A stretch of DNA of 64,000 nt from Neisseriales bacterium (GTDB lineage Bacteria; Pseudomonadota; Gammaproteobacteria; Burkholderiales; Q3-R57-64). The notes under the pieces were generated by a model. It saw only the letters and a list, made by a program, of their open reading frames with translations. It was not told the DNA's origin and did no database searches. The translations under genes and the position numbers were made by a program. Where the stretch lies: positions 256,671-320,670 of the forward strand of contig CP064990.1 of NCBI GenBank assembly GCA_016699915.1, read 5' to 3'. Positions 10,510 to 20,099 of this stretch are shown here, piece after piece. Within the stretch, counting starts at the first letter, position 1, and the number at the start of each line of letters is the position of its first letter.

Positions 10510-11433
10510 TTATGCTAATTCCCAGTAAATTTTTGCTTGTCGCACATCCTCTTGTATTTGTGTTACCAGCGCATCAATGGTCTGAAAACGTTTTTCATCA
10601 CGCAATTTTTTAATAAAATATACGGTCATGCGTTGACCGTACAGTGAACTGGAATGGTTCAAAAGATGCGTTTCCAATTTATATTGTGTGTTGCTGTGTA
10701 CAGTTGGGCTTTTGCCAAGATTAGCCACGCCATATTGTTTGCCAAATGCACCTTCTGATTCAACAATAAATACGCCTTCCAATACGGGCTGATTGCTGGT
10801 TAAATAAATATTTGCGGTTGGAAATCCTAGTTGTTGGCCAAATTGGCGACCATAAGCAATTTTTCCAGTAATTTGGTAAGGCTGTTCCAGTAGTTGTGAA
10901 GCGTAAGCTAAATCACCCTTGGCTAATGTTAGGCGAACCAAAGAACTAGAAACTCGTTCTCCATTCATGAGTACCGTTGGCATGGTTTCTGTTGTAAATG
11001 ATGCGTACTGCATCAAGTGTGTTACATTACCAAGCCGTTGGGCGCCAAAATGAAAATCTTCACCAATTAGTATATAACGGGTTTTGAGTGTATCGATTAG
11101 TATATGACGTACAAAATGGTCAGCACGCAATGCGGCAAATTGCTTAGTGAAGCGACAGACAAATACCTGATCAAGCAAGTTTGTTTGCGATAACAAAGTT
11201 AGTTTGTCACGCAATGTAGAGAGTTGAGAAAGCTTATTAAATGGACTTTTTGAGTGGGGCTCAAAGGTCAAAAGACTGGCGGGCAAACCCCTTTTATCGG
11301 CCTCTTTTCTCAAGCATCGCAGTAATGCTCTATGTCCGTGATGTACGCCATCGAAATTACCGATGCTCAACGCACAGCTTGGCAATTTTTGCGTGTCCTG
11401 AAAGGGTAAAAAAATAACCTGCATCATGCTCAA
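10510..11433 (-). CDS. ribF: bifunctional riboflavin kinase / FMN adenylyltransferase
   Basis: 'GNFDGVHHGH' and 'GFPTANI'. It abuts the ileS start, as in the conserved ribF-ileS-lspA-ispH cluster. Confidence 0.95.
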   Translation of the reverse strand: MSMMQVIFLPFQDTQKLPSCALSIGNFDGVHHGHRALLRCLRKEADKRGLPASLLTFEPHSKSPFNKLSQLSTLRDKLTLLSQTNLLDQVFVCRFTKQFAALRADHFVRHILIDTLKTRYILIGEDFHFGAQRLGNVTHLMQYASFTTETMPTVLMNGERVSSSLVRLTLAKGDLAYASQLLEQPYQITGKIAYGRQFGQQLGFPTANIYLTSNQPVLEGVFIVESEGAFGKQYGVANLGKSPTVHSNTQYKLETHLLNHSSSLYGQRMTVYFIKKLRDEKRFQTIDALVTQIQEDVRQAKIYWELA

Positions 11434-11448
11434 ACCAGTTGTTTACAA

Positions 11449-13077
11449 TTACCTGCCGATGCCCTGTTTAGCAAGGTAACTGTCATAGTTGCCCAAATGA
11501 TAATGATACCGACTTGTACCATCTAGTTCCAAAATTTGTGTAGCTAACGAAGCTACAAACTGACGATCATGGGATACAAAGATAAGTGTCCCAGCATATT
11601 TTTCAAGAGCGATATTGAGGGATTCAATCGATTCCATATCCATATGATTTGTGGGTTCATCCATAATTAGCACGTTGGGTTGTTGCAACATGAGTTTGCC
11701 ATATAACATCCTACCTTTTTCGCCGCCGGAAAGTACTTGGACGGATTTATTGGCCTCATCACCAGAAAAAAGCAGTTTACCCAATGTACTGCGAATGTTT
11801 TGCTCGTCTTGTTGTGTACCCCATTGTCGCATCCAATCAATCAGGGTCATAGCGGATTGGAAATCTTTTTCGTGATCCTGTGGATAGTAGCCTACTACAG
11901 CCTTTTCTGACCATTGAATGGTACCTGTATCTGCCAAAATGGGTGGTATGCTTGCCGCATGCCATGCACTATATAACAATTTAACAAGTGTTGATTTACC
12001 CGAGCCATTCGGGCCGATAATGGCGAGTCGCTGACCTGCCTTGAGCATGAGATTAAGTTGGCAAAAGAGGGGTTTATCAAAGGCTTGACTTAATTGTTTG
12101 ATTTCAACTGCTTGTCTATGCAATGGATGATGCTTATCAACCTCAAAACGAATAAAAGGGTATTGACGGGTGGAGGGTTTGATCATGATCATGCTAGATT
12201 TTATTTTTTCAACTTGTTTAACGCGACTTGTTGCTTGTCGTGCTTTGGATTTATTGGCTGAGAAGCGCGCAACAAAGCTTTGTAAGGTTTGAATTTGTTC
12301 CTTTGCTTTGGCATTGAGTGCTAATTGCTGTGTACGAGATTGTGTGCTCGCTAGCATGTAATCATCATAGTTACCGGGATATATCCCAATAGTTTGATAA
12401 TCTAAATCCATGATATGAGTACAAACCGCATTAAGAAAGTGGCGATCATGGGAAATGATGACCATCATGGCACCATAATTGTTCAGGGTTTCTTCTAGCC
12501 AGCGAATGGTATTGATATCTAGGTGATTGGTAGGTTCATCTAACAGTAAGATATCGGGGTTAGAAAATAAAGCTTGCGCCAAGAGCACGCGAAGCTTCCA
12601 ACCAGGCGCGATATGACGCATGAGCCCTTGCTGTGCTGGTAAAGTAATGCCTACACCAGATAATAGTTCACCGATTTTAGCTTCAGCAGCATAGCCACCG
12701 TAGGATGCGAATTTTTCCTCAAGTTCTGCAGCGTGCAAGTAATCAGCTTCTGAGGCGCTTGGATTGGCGTAAATAGCATCACGCTCGGACATAGCTTGCC
12801 ACATTTCTTGATGGCCTTGCATGACAACATGCAGGACGGATTGATCCTCAAAGGCGAATTGATCCTGACGTAGTTTACCAATTCTTATATTCGGTTCGAC
12901 GATAACTTGCCCATCAATGGGTACAAGATCGCCTGCTAAGACCTTTATAAAGGTGGATTTACCTGAGCCATTTGCACCGATGAGCCCGTATCGACAACCT
13001 GCATTGAATTTAAGAGAAATTTTTTCAAATAAGACATGGGCACCAAACTGCACTTTAATGTCATTGACGCTTAACAC
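11449..13077 (-). CDS. ybiT: ABC-F family ATPase, YbiT-like
   Basis: 542 aa with two cassettes ('GANGSGKST', 'GPNGSGKST', 'LSGGEKGR') and no TM domain. It is collinear along its length with E. coli YbiT as I recall it. Confidence 0.85.
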   Translation of the reverse strand: MLSVNDIKVQFGAHVLFEKISLKFNAGCRYGLIGANGSGKSTFIKVLAGDLVPIDGQVIVEPNIRIGKLRQDQFAFEDQSVLHVVMQGHQEMWQAMSERDAIYANPSASEADYLHAAELEEKFASYGGYAAEAKIGELLSGVGITLPAQQGLMRHIAPGWKLRVLLAQALFSNPDILLLDEPTNHLDINTIRWLEETLNNYGAMMVIISHDRHFLNAVCTHIMDLDYQTIGIYPGNYDDYMLASTQSRTQQLALNAKAKEQIQTLQSFVARFSANKSKARQATSRVKQVEKIKSSMIMIKPSTRQYPFIRFEVDKHHPLHRQAVEIKQLSQAFDKPLFCQLNLMLKAGQRLAIIGPNGSGKSTLVKLLYSAWHAASIPPILADTGTIQWSEKAVVGYYPQDHEKDFQSAMTLIDWMRQWGTQQDEQNIRSTLGKLLFSGDEANKSVQVLSGGEKGRMLYGKLMLQQPNVLIMDEPTNHMDMESIESLNIALEKYAGTLIFVSHDRQFVASLATQILELDGTSRYHYHLGNYDSYLAKQGIGR

Positions 13078-13238
13078 AATGTTGTTTACTTACCTTAAAA
13101 TATCTCTATGAATTTGGAATAGAGCAGCATTAAATGTTCATTTTAGCATAGGTTTAAAGGATAGACTGTCCCATACCTTATTTATCGTGGCATAAGCAAT
13201 GAAGCGTTGATAGGTGCTCATACAACTTCCTTAGTTTT

Positions 13239-14138
13239 ATGGAAAGGGATATATTCATGTTAACGGGTAGCATCGTAGCACTTATAACACCCATGCAGCA
13301 AAATGGGCAGATTGATTATGTGGCATTAAAGCGTTTAATTGATTGGCATATTGTTCAGGGTACAGATGGTATTGTATTAGGGGGTACTACTGGAGAATCT
13401 GTAGTACTAGAAGACGAGGAATATAGGGCAGTTATCGAATTTGTTGTACAGCATATTAATGGTCGCATTCCAGTTATTGTGGGGGCGGGTGGTAATTCAA
13501 CGCATGCGACTATTCGGCGTGTACAGCAAGCCAAAGAAGCTGGAGCACAATCTGTTTTATCGGTTGTACCCTACTATAATAAGCCAAATCAAGAAGGTAT
13601 TTATCAACATTTTGCATGTATTGCCGACGCTGTTAAAATACCCCTTATCCTCTATAACGTACCGAGTCGCACAGCATCGGATATTCAAAACGAAACTGTG
13701 TTGCGTTTAGCGCAAATTCCCAATATCGTCGGTTTGAAAGACGCAACAGCCAATTTAGCAAGGGCTTGTGAGTTGATGGCATTAGTGCCGAAGGATTTTG
13801 CGTTATATTCGGGTGATGATGCTACAGCGATGGCTTTTATACTCTGTGGTGGACATGGCGCTGTTTCTGTTTGCGCGAATATAGTTCCTCATGCTTTTCG
13901 AAAGATGTGCCATGCTGCTTTGTCAGGTGAGATTAACTTGGCGCGCCAGCAAGATAGCGATTTGAGAGTACTTTATGAGCAGCTTTTTATGGAAACCAAT
14001 CCATCGCCTGTCAAATGGGCACTACACGAGATGGGTTTTATTGAAAACGTGATGCGACTGCCATTGATACCGATTTCGCCACACCTCGTAGCTAAACTAA
14101 CGTATACATTGCGTCGCATGAATCTTATTAAATTGTAA
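13239..14138 (+). CDS. dapA: 4-hydroxy-tetrahydrodipicolinate synthase
   Basis: 'GGTTGES', 'YNVPSRT' and 'VGLKDA' (catalytic Lys). The start may be ATG 13257. Confidence 0.95.
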   Translation: MERDIFMLTGSIVALITPMQQNGQIDYVALKRLIDWHIVQGTDGIVLGGTTGESVVLEDEEYRAVIEFVVQHINGRIPVIVGAGGNSTHATIRRVQQAKEAGAQSVLSVVPYYNKPNQEGIYQHFACIADAVKIPLILYNVPSRTASDIQNETVLRLAQIPNIVGLKDATANLARACELMALVPKDFALYSGDDATAMAFILCGGHGAVSVCANIVPHAFRKMCHAALSGEINLARQQDSDLRVLYEQLFMETNPSPVKWALHEMGFIENVMRLPLIPISPHLVAKLTYTLRRMNLIKL

Positions 14139-14162
14139 AAAATTTATCACCAAAACTTGAAC

Positions 14163-14195
14163 AAAAAGCCGACCATCAAGGTCAGCTTTTTGTTT
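14163..14195. terminator. probable bidirectional intrinsic terminator (dapA / small lipoprotein gene)
   Basis: AGCCGACC (14167-14174) / GGTCAGCT (14180-14187), with 7 of 8 pairs. It is flanked by an A5 run upstream and TTTTGTTT downstream. Confidence 0.55.
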
Positions 14196-14231
14196 CTTTA
14201 GTCGACTAAAGACTAGTTGCTGCGTACAACC

Positions 14232-14390
14232 TTATTCAGCAGCAGAGGCTTCGGAGGCTTCTTCAATGCTAGAAGCTTCTTGATTAAGAGGATCTGAAGC
14301 AACTTCCGATGAGGCAGTATCACTTTGTTTACCAGCACAACCAGTCAAAGCGATAGCCAACAAAGCAGCAACAAGTAGTGATTGTTTCAT
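14232..14390 (-). CDS. small acidic lipoprotein (hypothetical)
   Basis: 'MKQSLLVAALLAIALTGC' is a signal peptide plus lipobox. The mature part is Ser/Glu/Ala-rich. I chose the internal ATG at 14390. Confidence 0.55.
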   Translation of the reverse strand: MKQSLLVAALLAIALTGCAGKQSDTASSEVASDPLNQEASSIEEASEASAAE

Positions 14391-14649
14391 AATTCTTACC
14401 TTCGTTAAAAATGACAATTAAACTTTGCAAAGTATTACCGTTCTATAATACTACTAGACCGAAACACAAACCGCTTTTGAGGGATCCTAATACGGTGTCG
14501 CAAAGACATCCATACCTATACTCCCCCTTCCGCAGGAGGATTTATATCATAAAATGAAACTTTTAGCACTATTTACTTGTCTTTGAACAGAATTTATTGT
14601 GCTAGTTATCCATATCATCGCGAAAAATGAAGCCAAGCAACATGGTTTT

Positions 14650-15822
14650 TTATGATGACGAAGACATAAATAAGAGCAAGAGATCATTCAAAAACTTTCT
14701 ACCTCGTGTACTGGGCTTGATCAGGCTTGAATTGACTATAGCTAAACCTTGTCGTTTGGCTTCATCTAAAGCACCGCTTAGCACACTAAACGGTAAACCA
14801 GTTCGCTGTGTAAATAGAGTGGGCGCAAAACCAGCTGTCAATCGTAAAGCATTCATCATAAATTCGATTTTAAGCTGGTTTGGAGCAATATGATGTTGTG
14901 ACTGAATAGGTGTTTTATTGGAAACCTGTCTGGCATAGGTTTTTGGATGCTGATAGCGCATAGTACGCAAAATACCATGCTTTGTTGTCAGTTTGCTATG
15001 CGCACCAGCACCAATACCCACATAGTCTCCAAACTGCCAATAATTGAGATTATGCTGGCAGTAATGGTGATTTTGGGCAAAAGCTGAAATTTCATAATGC
15101 GCAAACTTAGCAAGCCGAAGCTGTTGATGTATGGCTTTAGCAATCGCATCGGATTGATCGTGATTCGGTAAATCTTTGGGTGGTGCACAACCAAAAGGTG
15201 TATGTGGTTCAATAGTCAGTTGATAGGCTGAAATATGGCTAACGCCTGATGCCAGTGCAGTTTTTATATCCAACAAAGCTTCTGTTATGGTTTGGTGAGG
15301 CAAAGCGTACATTAAATCAATATTGACTTTTTTAAAATAAGACAATGCGCAATCTACTGCACGATGTGCTGCAAGGTTGTTATGAATGCGACCCAAGCTT
15401 TGTAGGCAACGGTTGGAAAAACTTTGTATACCAAGGGAGAGTCTTGTCACACCAGCTTGAGCAAAGCGCTGAAAACGACTTTGGTCTACAGTACCAGGAT
15501 TGGCTTCTAAAGTAATTTCGATATTAGGTATTAAGTGGCAATATTTTTGTATACCTAAGAGCAATTGTTCAAGTGCTTGGCAAGAAAGCAAACTGGGTGT
15601 TCCGCCTCCGATAAAAATACTCACAATTGGTCTATGATCAATGCTTGGTAAGGCAAACAAAAGATCTTGCAGTAGGCTATCGACATAGGCTTGGTCATCA
15701 ACATGATGGCTCGAAATGGCATGGGAATTAAAATCGCAATAAGGGCATTTTTTGATACACCAAGGGATATGCACATATAACGATAAAGGAGGTAGACAGT
15801 GCGAGTCGGTAAACGGTGTCAT
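14650..15822 (-). CDS. hemW: radical SAM heme chaperone HemW (HemN-like, YggW)
   Basis: CxxxCxxC motif 'CIKKCPYCDF'. 390 aa. It overlaps the rdgB stop by 4 nt, the conserved yggV-yggW arrangement. Confidence 0.85.
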   Translation of the reverse strand: MTPFTDSHCLPPLSLYVHIPWCIKKCPYCDFNSHAISSHHVDDQAYVDSLLQDLLFALPSIDHRPIVSIFIGGGTPSLLSCQALEQLLLGIQKYCHLIPNIEITLEANPGTVDQSRFQRFAQAGVTRLSLGIQSFSNRCLQSLGRIHNNLAAHRAVDCALSYFKKVNIDLMYALPHQTITEALLDIKTALASGVSHISAYQLTIEPHTPFGCAPPKDLPNHDQSDAIAKAIHQQLRLAKFAHYEISAFAQNHHYCQHNLNYWQFGDYVGIGAGAHSKLTTKHGILRTMRYQHPKTYARQVSNKTPIQSQHHIAPNQLKIEFMMNALRLTAGFAPTLFTQRTGLPFSVLSGALDEAKRQGLAIVNSSLIKPSTRGRKFLNDLLLLFMSSSS

Positions 15823-16424
15823 TTAACGGGTAAGAATAAATGAGATTGTGCTAGTAATTTTTTGAACGCTTGTGCACGATGACTGAGGCGATTCTTGTTA
15901 GTTGGGTCTAACTGTGCAGCGGTTAATTTTAAATGTGGTAAATAAAATAAAGGGTCGTAGCCAAAGCCCTTATCGCCTTGTAAAACCGTGGCTATTTGGC
16001 CGAACCATATGCCTTCTGCTATGACAGGTGCAGGATCATCAGGGTATCGTACAAGGGTCAACATGCAGTAGAAATAGCCATCACGTTTTGTGACTCCACG
16101 CATTTTTTCAATCAATAACTGATTATTTGCAGCATCTGAAGGTGGTTCTCCTGCAAATCTTGCCGAGTGGATGCCCGGTAATCCATGTAAAGCGCGTACA
16201 CATAACCCAGAGTCATCCGACAGTGCAGGTAAACCCGTTATACGGCTGGCTTGCCTTGCTTTATGCAGTGCATTTTCAATAAAAGTACTATAAGGTTCGT
16301 CGGCAGGCGGTATATGTTGCTGATTTTGCGGTATTAATTGTAGAGCAAGTGGTGCCAATAGTGCCTGGCATTCTTTGATTTTGTGTGGGTTATTACTGGC
16401 AAGGATTATCCTCTTCATATGCAT
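15819..16424 (-). CDS. rdgB: dITP/XTP pyrophosphatase
   Basis: 'ASNNPHKIKE' and 'GFGYDPLF'. Confidence 0.92.
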   Translation of the reverse strand: MHMKRIILASNNPHKIKECQALLAPLALQLIPQNQQHIPPADEPYSTFIENALHKARQASRITGLPALSDDSGLCVRALHGLPGIHSARFAGEPPSDAANNQLLIEKMRGVTKRDGYFYCMLTLVRYPDDPAPVIAEGIWFGQIATVLQGDKGFGYDPLFYLPHLKLTAAQLDPTNKNRLSHRAQAFKKLLAQSHLFLPVK

Positions 16425-16575
16425 GAGTCTAGGTTAGTTGAGTTGTGAGCGGAAAACAATAGCTCAAGCACACTACTTAAGCGATGCTTCATGTATAAAT
16501 TACATTATAAGGTGTTAGAATTTTAATGTGAGATAATGGATAAAATAATTATAGATTGGCTCGTCTTAAAATCAT

Positions 16576-17523
16576 GTGGAATGTTATATTTTGGGATCCC
16601 TATTAACAAACAATACTTGGGCTCAACAACTCAAGAAAGGATTGCTGAAGACGCGGCAAGGTTTTGGCCGTGCTTTGTCTGATTTATTGAGTGCGCATCG
16701 CATAGATATGACATCCTATGAACAGCTCAAAAATATATTATTAGCTACCGATATGGGGTTAGATGCAGCGGAGTATTTATTGTCAGTATCCAAACAACAA
16801 GCGGTGCATAATACACAGCAATTGATACAGGCTTTATCTGACGCTTTATTTACTTTGATTCATCCGCTGGAACAGCCGCTTGATGTAACTGCCCATCAAC
16901 CTTTTGTGGTGATGATGGTTGGTGTGAATGGTGCTGGCAAAACCACTTCTATTGGTAAACTGGCCAAATATTTTAAAGACCAACAAAAAACGGTATTACT
17001 CGGTGCTGCCGATACGTTCCGAGCAGCAGCCTACGAACAACTGGTTAAGTGGGCAACGTTAAGCGATATTCCTGTTGTCAGTAAAGTGGATGGGGATGCG
17101 GCTGCTGTATGTTATGACGCTATTGCAACAGCTTGTGCACAGCATATTGATGTCGTATTCATTGATACGGCTGGTCGATTGTCTACACAAAAGCATCTGA
17201 TGGATGAAATCAAAAAAGTCAAGAAGGTTGCCCAAAAGGTATTATCTCATGCGCCACATGAAATATTATTGACGTTGGATGCTAATACGGGATTAAATTC
17301 ACTGTCTCAAGCTAAGGCATTTGATGAAGCCCTCGGGGTAACTGGATTGGTGCTAACAAAATTGGATGGTACGGCAAAAGGCGGTATCATTGCTGCTATG
17401 GCACAACAAAAGCCCATTCCACTGCGTTTTATTGGGTTGGGGGAAGGTGTCGGTGATATACGTCCTTTTATTGCGCGTGACTATGTGGATGCTTTATTTG
17501 AAAATGGAAATGGTGCCTTATGA
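16576..17523 (+). CDS. ftsY: signal recognition particle receptor FtsY (short form, NG domain only)
   Basis: 'MMVGVNGAGKTTSIGKLA', 'DTAGRL' and 'TKLDGTAKGG'. There is no in-frame ATG near the 5' end, so a GTG (16576) or TTG start is inferred. Confidence 0.9.
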   Translation: MECYILGSLLTNNTWAQQLKKGLLKTRQGFGRALSDLLSAHRIDMTSYEQLKNILLATDMGLDAAEYLLSVSKQQAVHNTQQLIQALSDALFTLIHPLEQPLDVTAHQPFVVMMVGVNGAGKTTSIGKLAKYFKDQQKTVLLGAADTFRAAAYEQLVKWATLSDIPVVSKVDGDAAAVCYDAIATACAQHIDVVFIDTAGRLSTQKHLMDEIKKVKKVAQKVLSHAPHEILLTLDANTGLNSLSQAKAFDEALGVTGLVLTKLDGTAKGGIIAAMAQQKPIPLRFIGLGEGVGDIRPFIARDYVDALFENGNGAL

Positions 17524-18173
17524 TTCAGTTTGAGCAAGTCAGCAAGCATTATTCGGATCGCATACAGGCGTTAAATATGCTCAGTTTCTCAATTGCGAGT
17601 GGGGAAATGGTATTTATCGCTGGGCACTCCGGTGCTGGTAAATCAACATTATTAAAATTGGTCGCAGCAATTGAGCGCCCAACAAGTGGTCAAATTACTG
17701 TCAACGGCTACAACATCAGTAAGGCAACTGATGCACAACTTTGCTTTGTGCGCCAGCATATTGGTGTGGTATTTCAAGACCACAAAATATTGTTTGACCG
17801 CAATGTTTCTGATAACGTCATGCTACCACTTGATATTGTTGGGATAGGGCGTAAAGAGGCTAAACGTAGAGTGCAGGCAGCTTTAGATAAGGTGAATTTA
17901 TTAGGCAAAGAAAAAGTGGCACCGATTCAGTTGTCTGGCGGCGAGCAACAGCGGTTATGCATTGCGCGTGCTGTAGTGCATCGCCCGGCGATTTTGCTGG
18001 CGGATGAGCCTTCAGCTAATCTTGATCGTGACTGCGCGCTAGATATTATGGAGCTGCTACAATCTTTTCATCAGTCTGGCGTAACGGTGTTGATTTCAGC
18101 CCATGACGAAACATTGATGGAAGACTATGGTCGGCGTATTTTGCGATTGAAAGCCGGACAGTTTATTACCTAA
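17520..18173 (+). CDS. ftsE: cell division ATP-binding protein FtsE
   Basis: 'GHSGAGKSTLLK' and 'LSGGEQQR'. It overlaps the ftsY stop by 4 nt. Confidence 0.93.
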   Translation: MIQFEQVSKHYSDRIQALNMLSFSIASGEMVFIAGHSGAGKSTLLKLVAAIERPTSGQITVNGYNISKATDAQLCFVRQHIGVVFQDHKILFDRNVSDNVMLPLDIVGIGRKEAKRRVQAALDKVNLLGKEKVAPIQLSGGEQQRLCIARAVVHRPAILLADEPSANLDRDCALDIMELLQSFHQSGVTVLISAHDETLMEDYGRRILRLKAGQFIT

Positions 18174-18178
18174 CCTTT

Positions 18179-19111
18179 TTGCAATGTGGATATACCATGT
18201 CTATTAAATATTATATTTATTTGCATGCACGCAGTGCTAAAGACGCATTTGTTAAGATTGTTCATCAGCCATTCAGTTCTTTATTGTCACTTGCTACATT
18301 GTCGTTAGCGTTGCTATTGCCACTGATGCTTTATGCTGTGGTTGCCAGTGTGCAGGATTATGCACCACGCATGGCCGCCTCACCACAAATTACGTTGTTC
18401 ATGGATCTTTCTGCTGACGACGTGGCTTTGGGATCTGTTCATCAACAACTCAAGCAACATCGTTTGGTGGCACGTTATATATTTATTAGCAAAGACCAGG
18501 CGCTGGCTGAACTAGAGAGCCATGACGATATATCAGGTCTGAGGGACATATTACCTGATAATCCCTTACCCGATGCGTTCGTGGTTACCCCCACTGTTAC
18601 AGATTTGCAAAGTTTGTCATCATTGCAAAAAACCTTATCGAATTTGCCGGGTGTGCACCAAGCACAATTTGATATGCGCTGGGCACAACGGTTTTATGAG
18701 CTCATTAAACTGGGTCATCGTGCCGTATTACTTTTTGCTTTGGTTTTTGGTGCGGCTGTTGTGTTGATTACTTACAATATTATTTACATGCAAATTTTGG
18801 GTAAAAAGGAGGAAATTGTTGTATCCAAATTGATTGGAGCTAGCGATCACTTTATCCGCCGAGCCTTTTTTTATCACGCATGTTGGCAAGCGTTATTGGC
18901 TGCTCTTATCGCTTGGCTTGGCACCTTATGGGTTGCAGGAGCAGTGAATCCGGTGATTCATCATTTTGCTTCTCTATACCATGAAAAAATACTGCTACGC
19001 CCATTGTATTTTGACGAATTGACCCTATTTATTTTACTGACGGTTGCGCTGACTGTTTTGGGTGCACGCCTCGCGGTTGGTCAACATTTACGCCAACTAA
19101 AAGCCCACTAA
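18179..19111 (+). CDS. ftsX: cell division permease-like protein FtsX
   Basis: It follows ftsE directly. One N-terminal TM, a periplasmic domain and 3 C-terminal TM segments. The start is probably ATG 18197. Confidence 0.85.
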   Translation: MQCGYTMSIKYYIYLHARSAKDAFVKIVHQPFSSLLSLATLSLALLLPLMLYAVVASVQDYAPRMAASPQITLFMDLSADDVALGSVHQQLKQHRLVARYIFISKDQALAELESHDDISGLRDILPDNPLPDAFVVTPTVTDLQSLSSLQKTLSNLPGVHQAQFDMRWAQRFYELIKLGHRAVLLFALVFGAAVVLITYNIIYMQILGKKEEIVVSKLIGASDHFIRRAFFYHACWQALLAALIAWLGTLWVAGAVNPVIHHFASLYHEKILLRPLYFDELTLFILLTVALTVLGARLAVGQHLRQLKAH

Positions 19112-19184
19112 GGCAAAAGTTTTGAGATGTTGGCAGCACACCACGGTTTGTGTTAGAGTACGGTGGCAGGTGTTGTACAAATAA

Positions 19185-20081
19185 ATGAGGAACATGGAAG
19201 TGATGACTGAGATGAGGTTGCCTGTTTTGTCGGCTGGCGGTAGCCTGGAGCGTTATATCCACAGCGTAAACAGCATCCCGATGCTGTCAGTGGATGAAGA
19301 ATGTAGCTTGGCAGAGCGTTTTCAGAATCAGGGTGATTTGGAAGCGGCAAGAAAACTTGTTTTGTCTCACTTAAGGGTTGTTGTGTCGATTGCAAGAGGC
19401 TATGCGGGGTATGGTTTACCACAAGCTGATTTGATACAGGAAGGCAATATTGGTTTGATGAAGGCGGTTAAGCGTTTTCAACCGAACCGTGGCGTGCGCT
19501 TATTTTCTTTTGCGATCCATTGGATCAAGGCGGAGATTCATGAATTTGTCCTACGCAACTGGCGTTTGGTGCGTATTGCGACAACGAAATCCCAACGTAA
19601 ATTGTTTTTCAATATACGTAGCATGAAACGCAAGCTCACTGCGCTGACAGACGGAGAAGCACAGCGTATTGCTGATGAATTAGGTGTCAAGCGCGAGGAA
19701 GTATTGGAGATGGAAATGCGTCTTGCTGGGCAGGATATGACGTTATCAACGGATCATGCAGAAGATACCTATTATTCACCCATTCATTGGTTGTCAGACA
19801 GTGAGCAAGAGCCTATTCGGCAATTAGAACGCAAAGCGGATGATCGCTTGCAAGGAGAAGGATTACAGGCGGCTTTAAAAGCACTTGATGCAAGGAGTCG
19901 TCGTATCATTGAGGCGCGTTGGTTAGAACTTGACAAAACTGGCGAGTCTTCCACACTACATGATCTTGCCAAAGAATTGGGTATTTCAGCCGAGCGCGTT
20001 CGTCAAATTGAGCAAAAAGCCCTTACTAAAATGAAGAGCTTCTTTGCGCAAAAAGGCTTACTTCCCATGTCGCTGAATTGA
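19185..20081 (+). CDS. rpoH: RNA polymerase sigma-32 factor
   Basis: Region 2 'DLIQEGNIGLMKAVKRF' and RpoH box 'QRKLFFNIRS'. It follows ftsX as in many proteobacteria. The likely start is ATG 19203. Confidence 0.93.
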   Translation: MRNMEVMTEMRLPVLSAGGSLERYIHSVNSIPMLSVDEECSLAERFQNQGDLEAARKLVLSHLRVVVSIARGYAGYGLPQADLIQEGNIGLMKAVKRFQPNRGVRLFSFAIHWIKAEIHEFVLRNWRLVRIATTKSQRKLFFNIRSMKRKLTALTDGEAQRIADELGVKREEVLEMEMRLAGQDMTLSTDHAEDTYYSPIHWLSDSEQEPIRQLERKADDRLQGEGLQAALKALDARSRRIIEARWLELDKTGESSTLHDLAKELGISAERVRQIEQKALTKMKSFFAQKGLLPMSLN

Positions 20082-20099
20082 TTATTTGTTTTAACTACA

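Noticed and set aside
14391-14649. A 260-bp spacer with a C-rich patch (CTCCCCCTTCCGCAGGAGG) might be an SRP/4.5S RNA or another structured RNA.
   Set aside because: There is no match to the 4.5S conserved hairpin (GGUCCGGAAGGAAGCAGCC), and only short, imperfect stems. It most likely holds the promoter and leader of the small lipoprotein gene.
16539-16700. An out-of-frame ATG ORF (MDKIIIDWLVLK..., 53 aa) overlaps the ftsY 5' end and could indicate a frameshifted longer FtsY.
   Set aside because: Its sequence resembles no FtsY A-domain. The GTG/TTG-initiated frame begins exactly at the conserved NG-domain amphipathic helix ('WAQQLKKGLLKTRQGF'), consistent with a naturally short FtsY.
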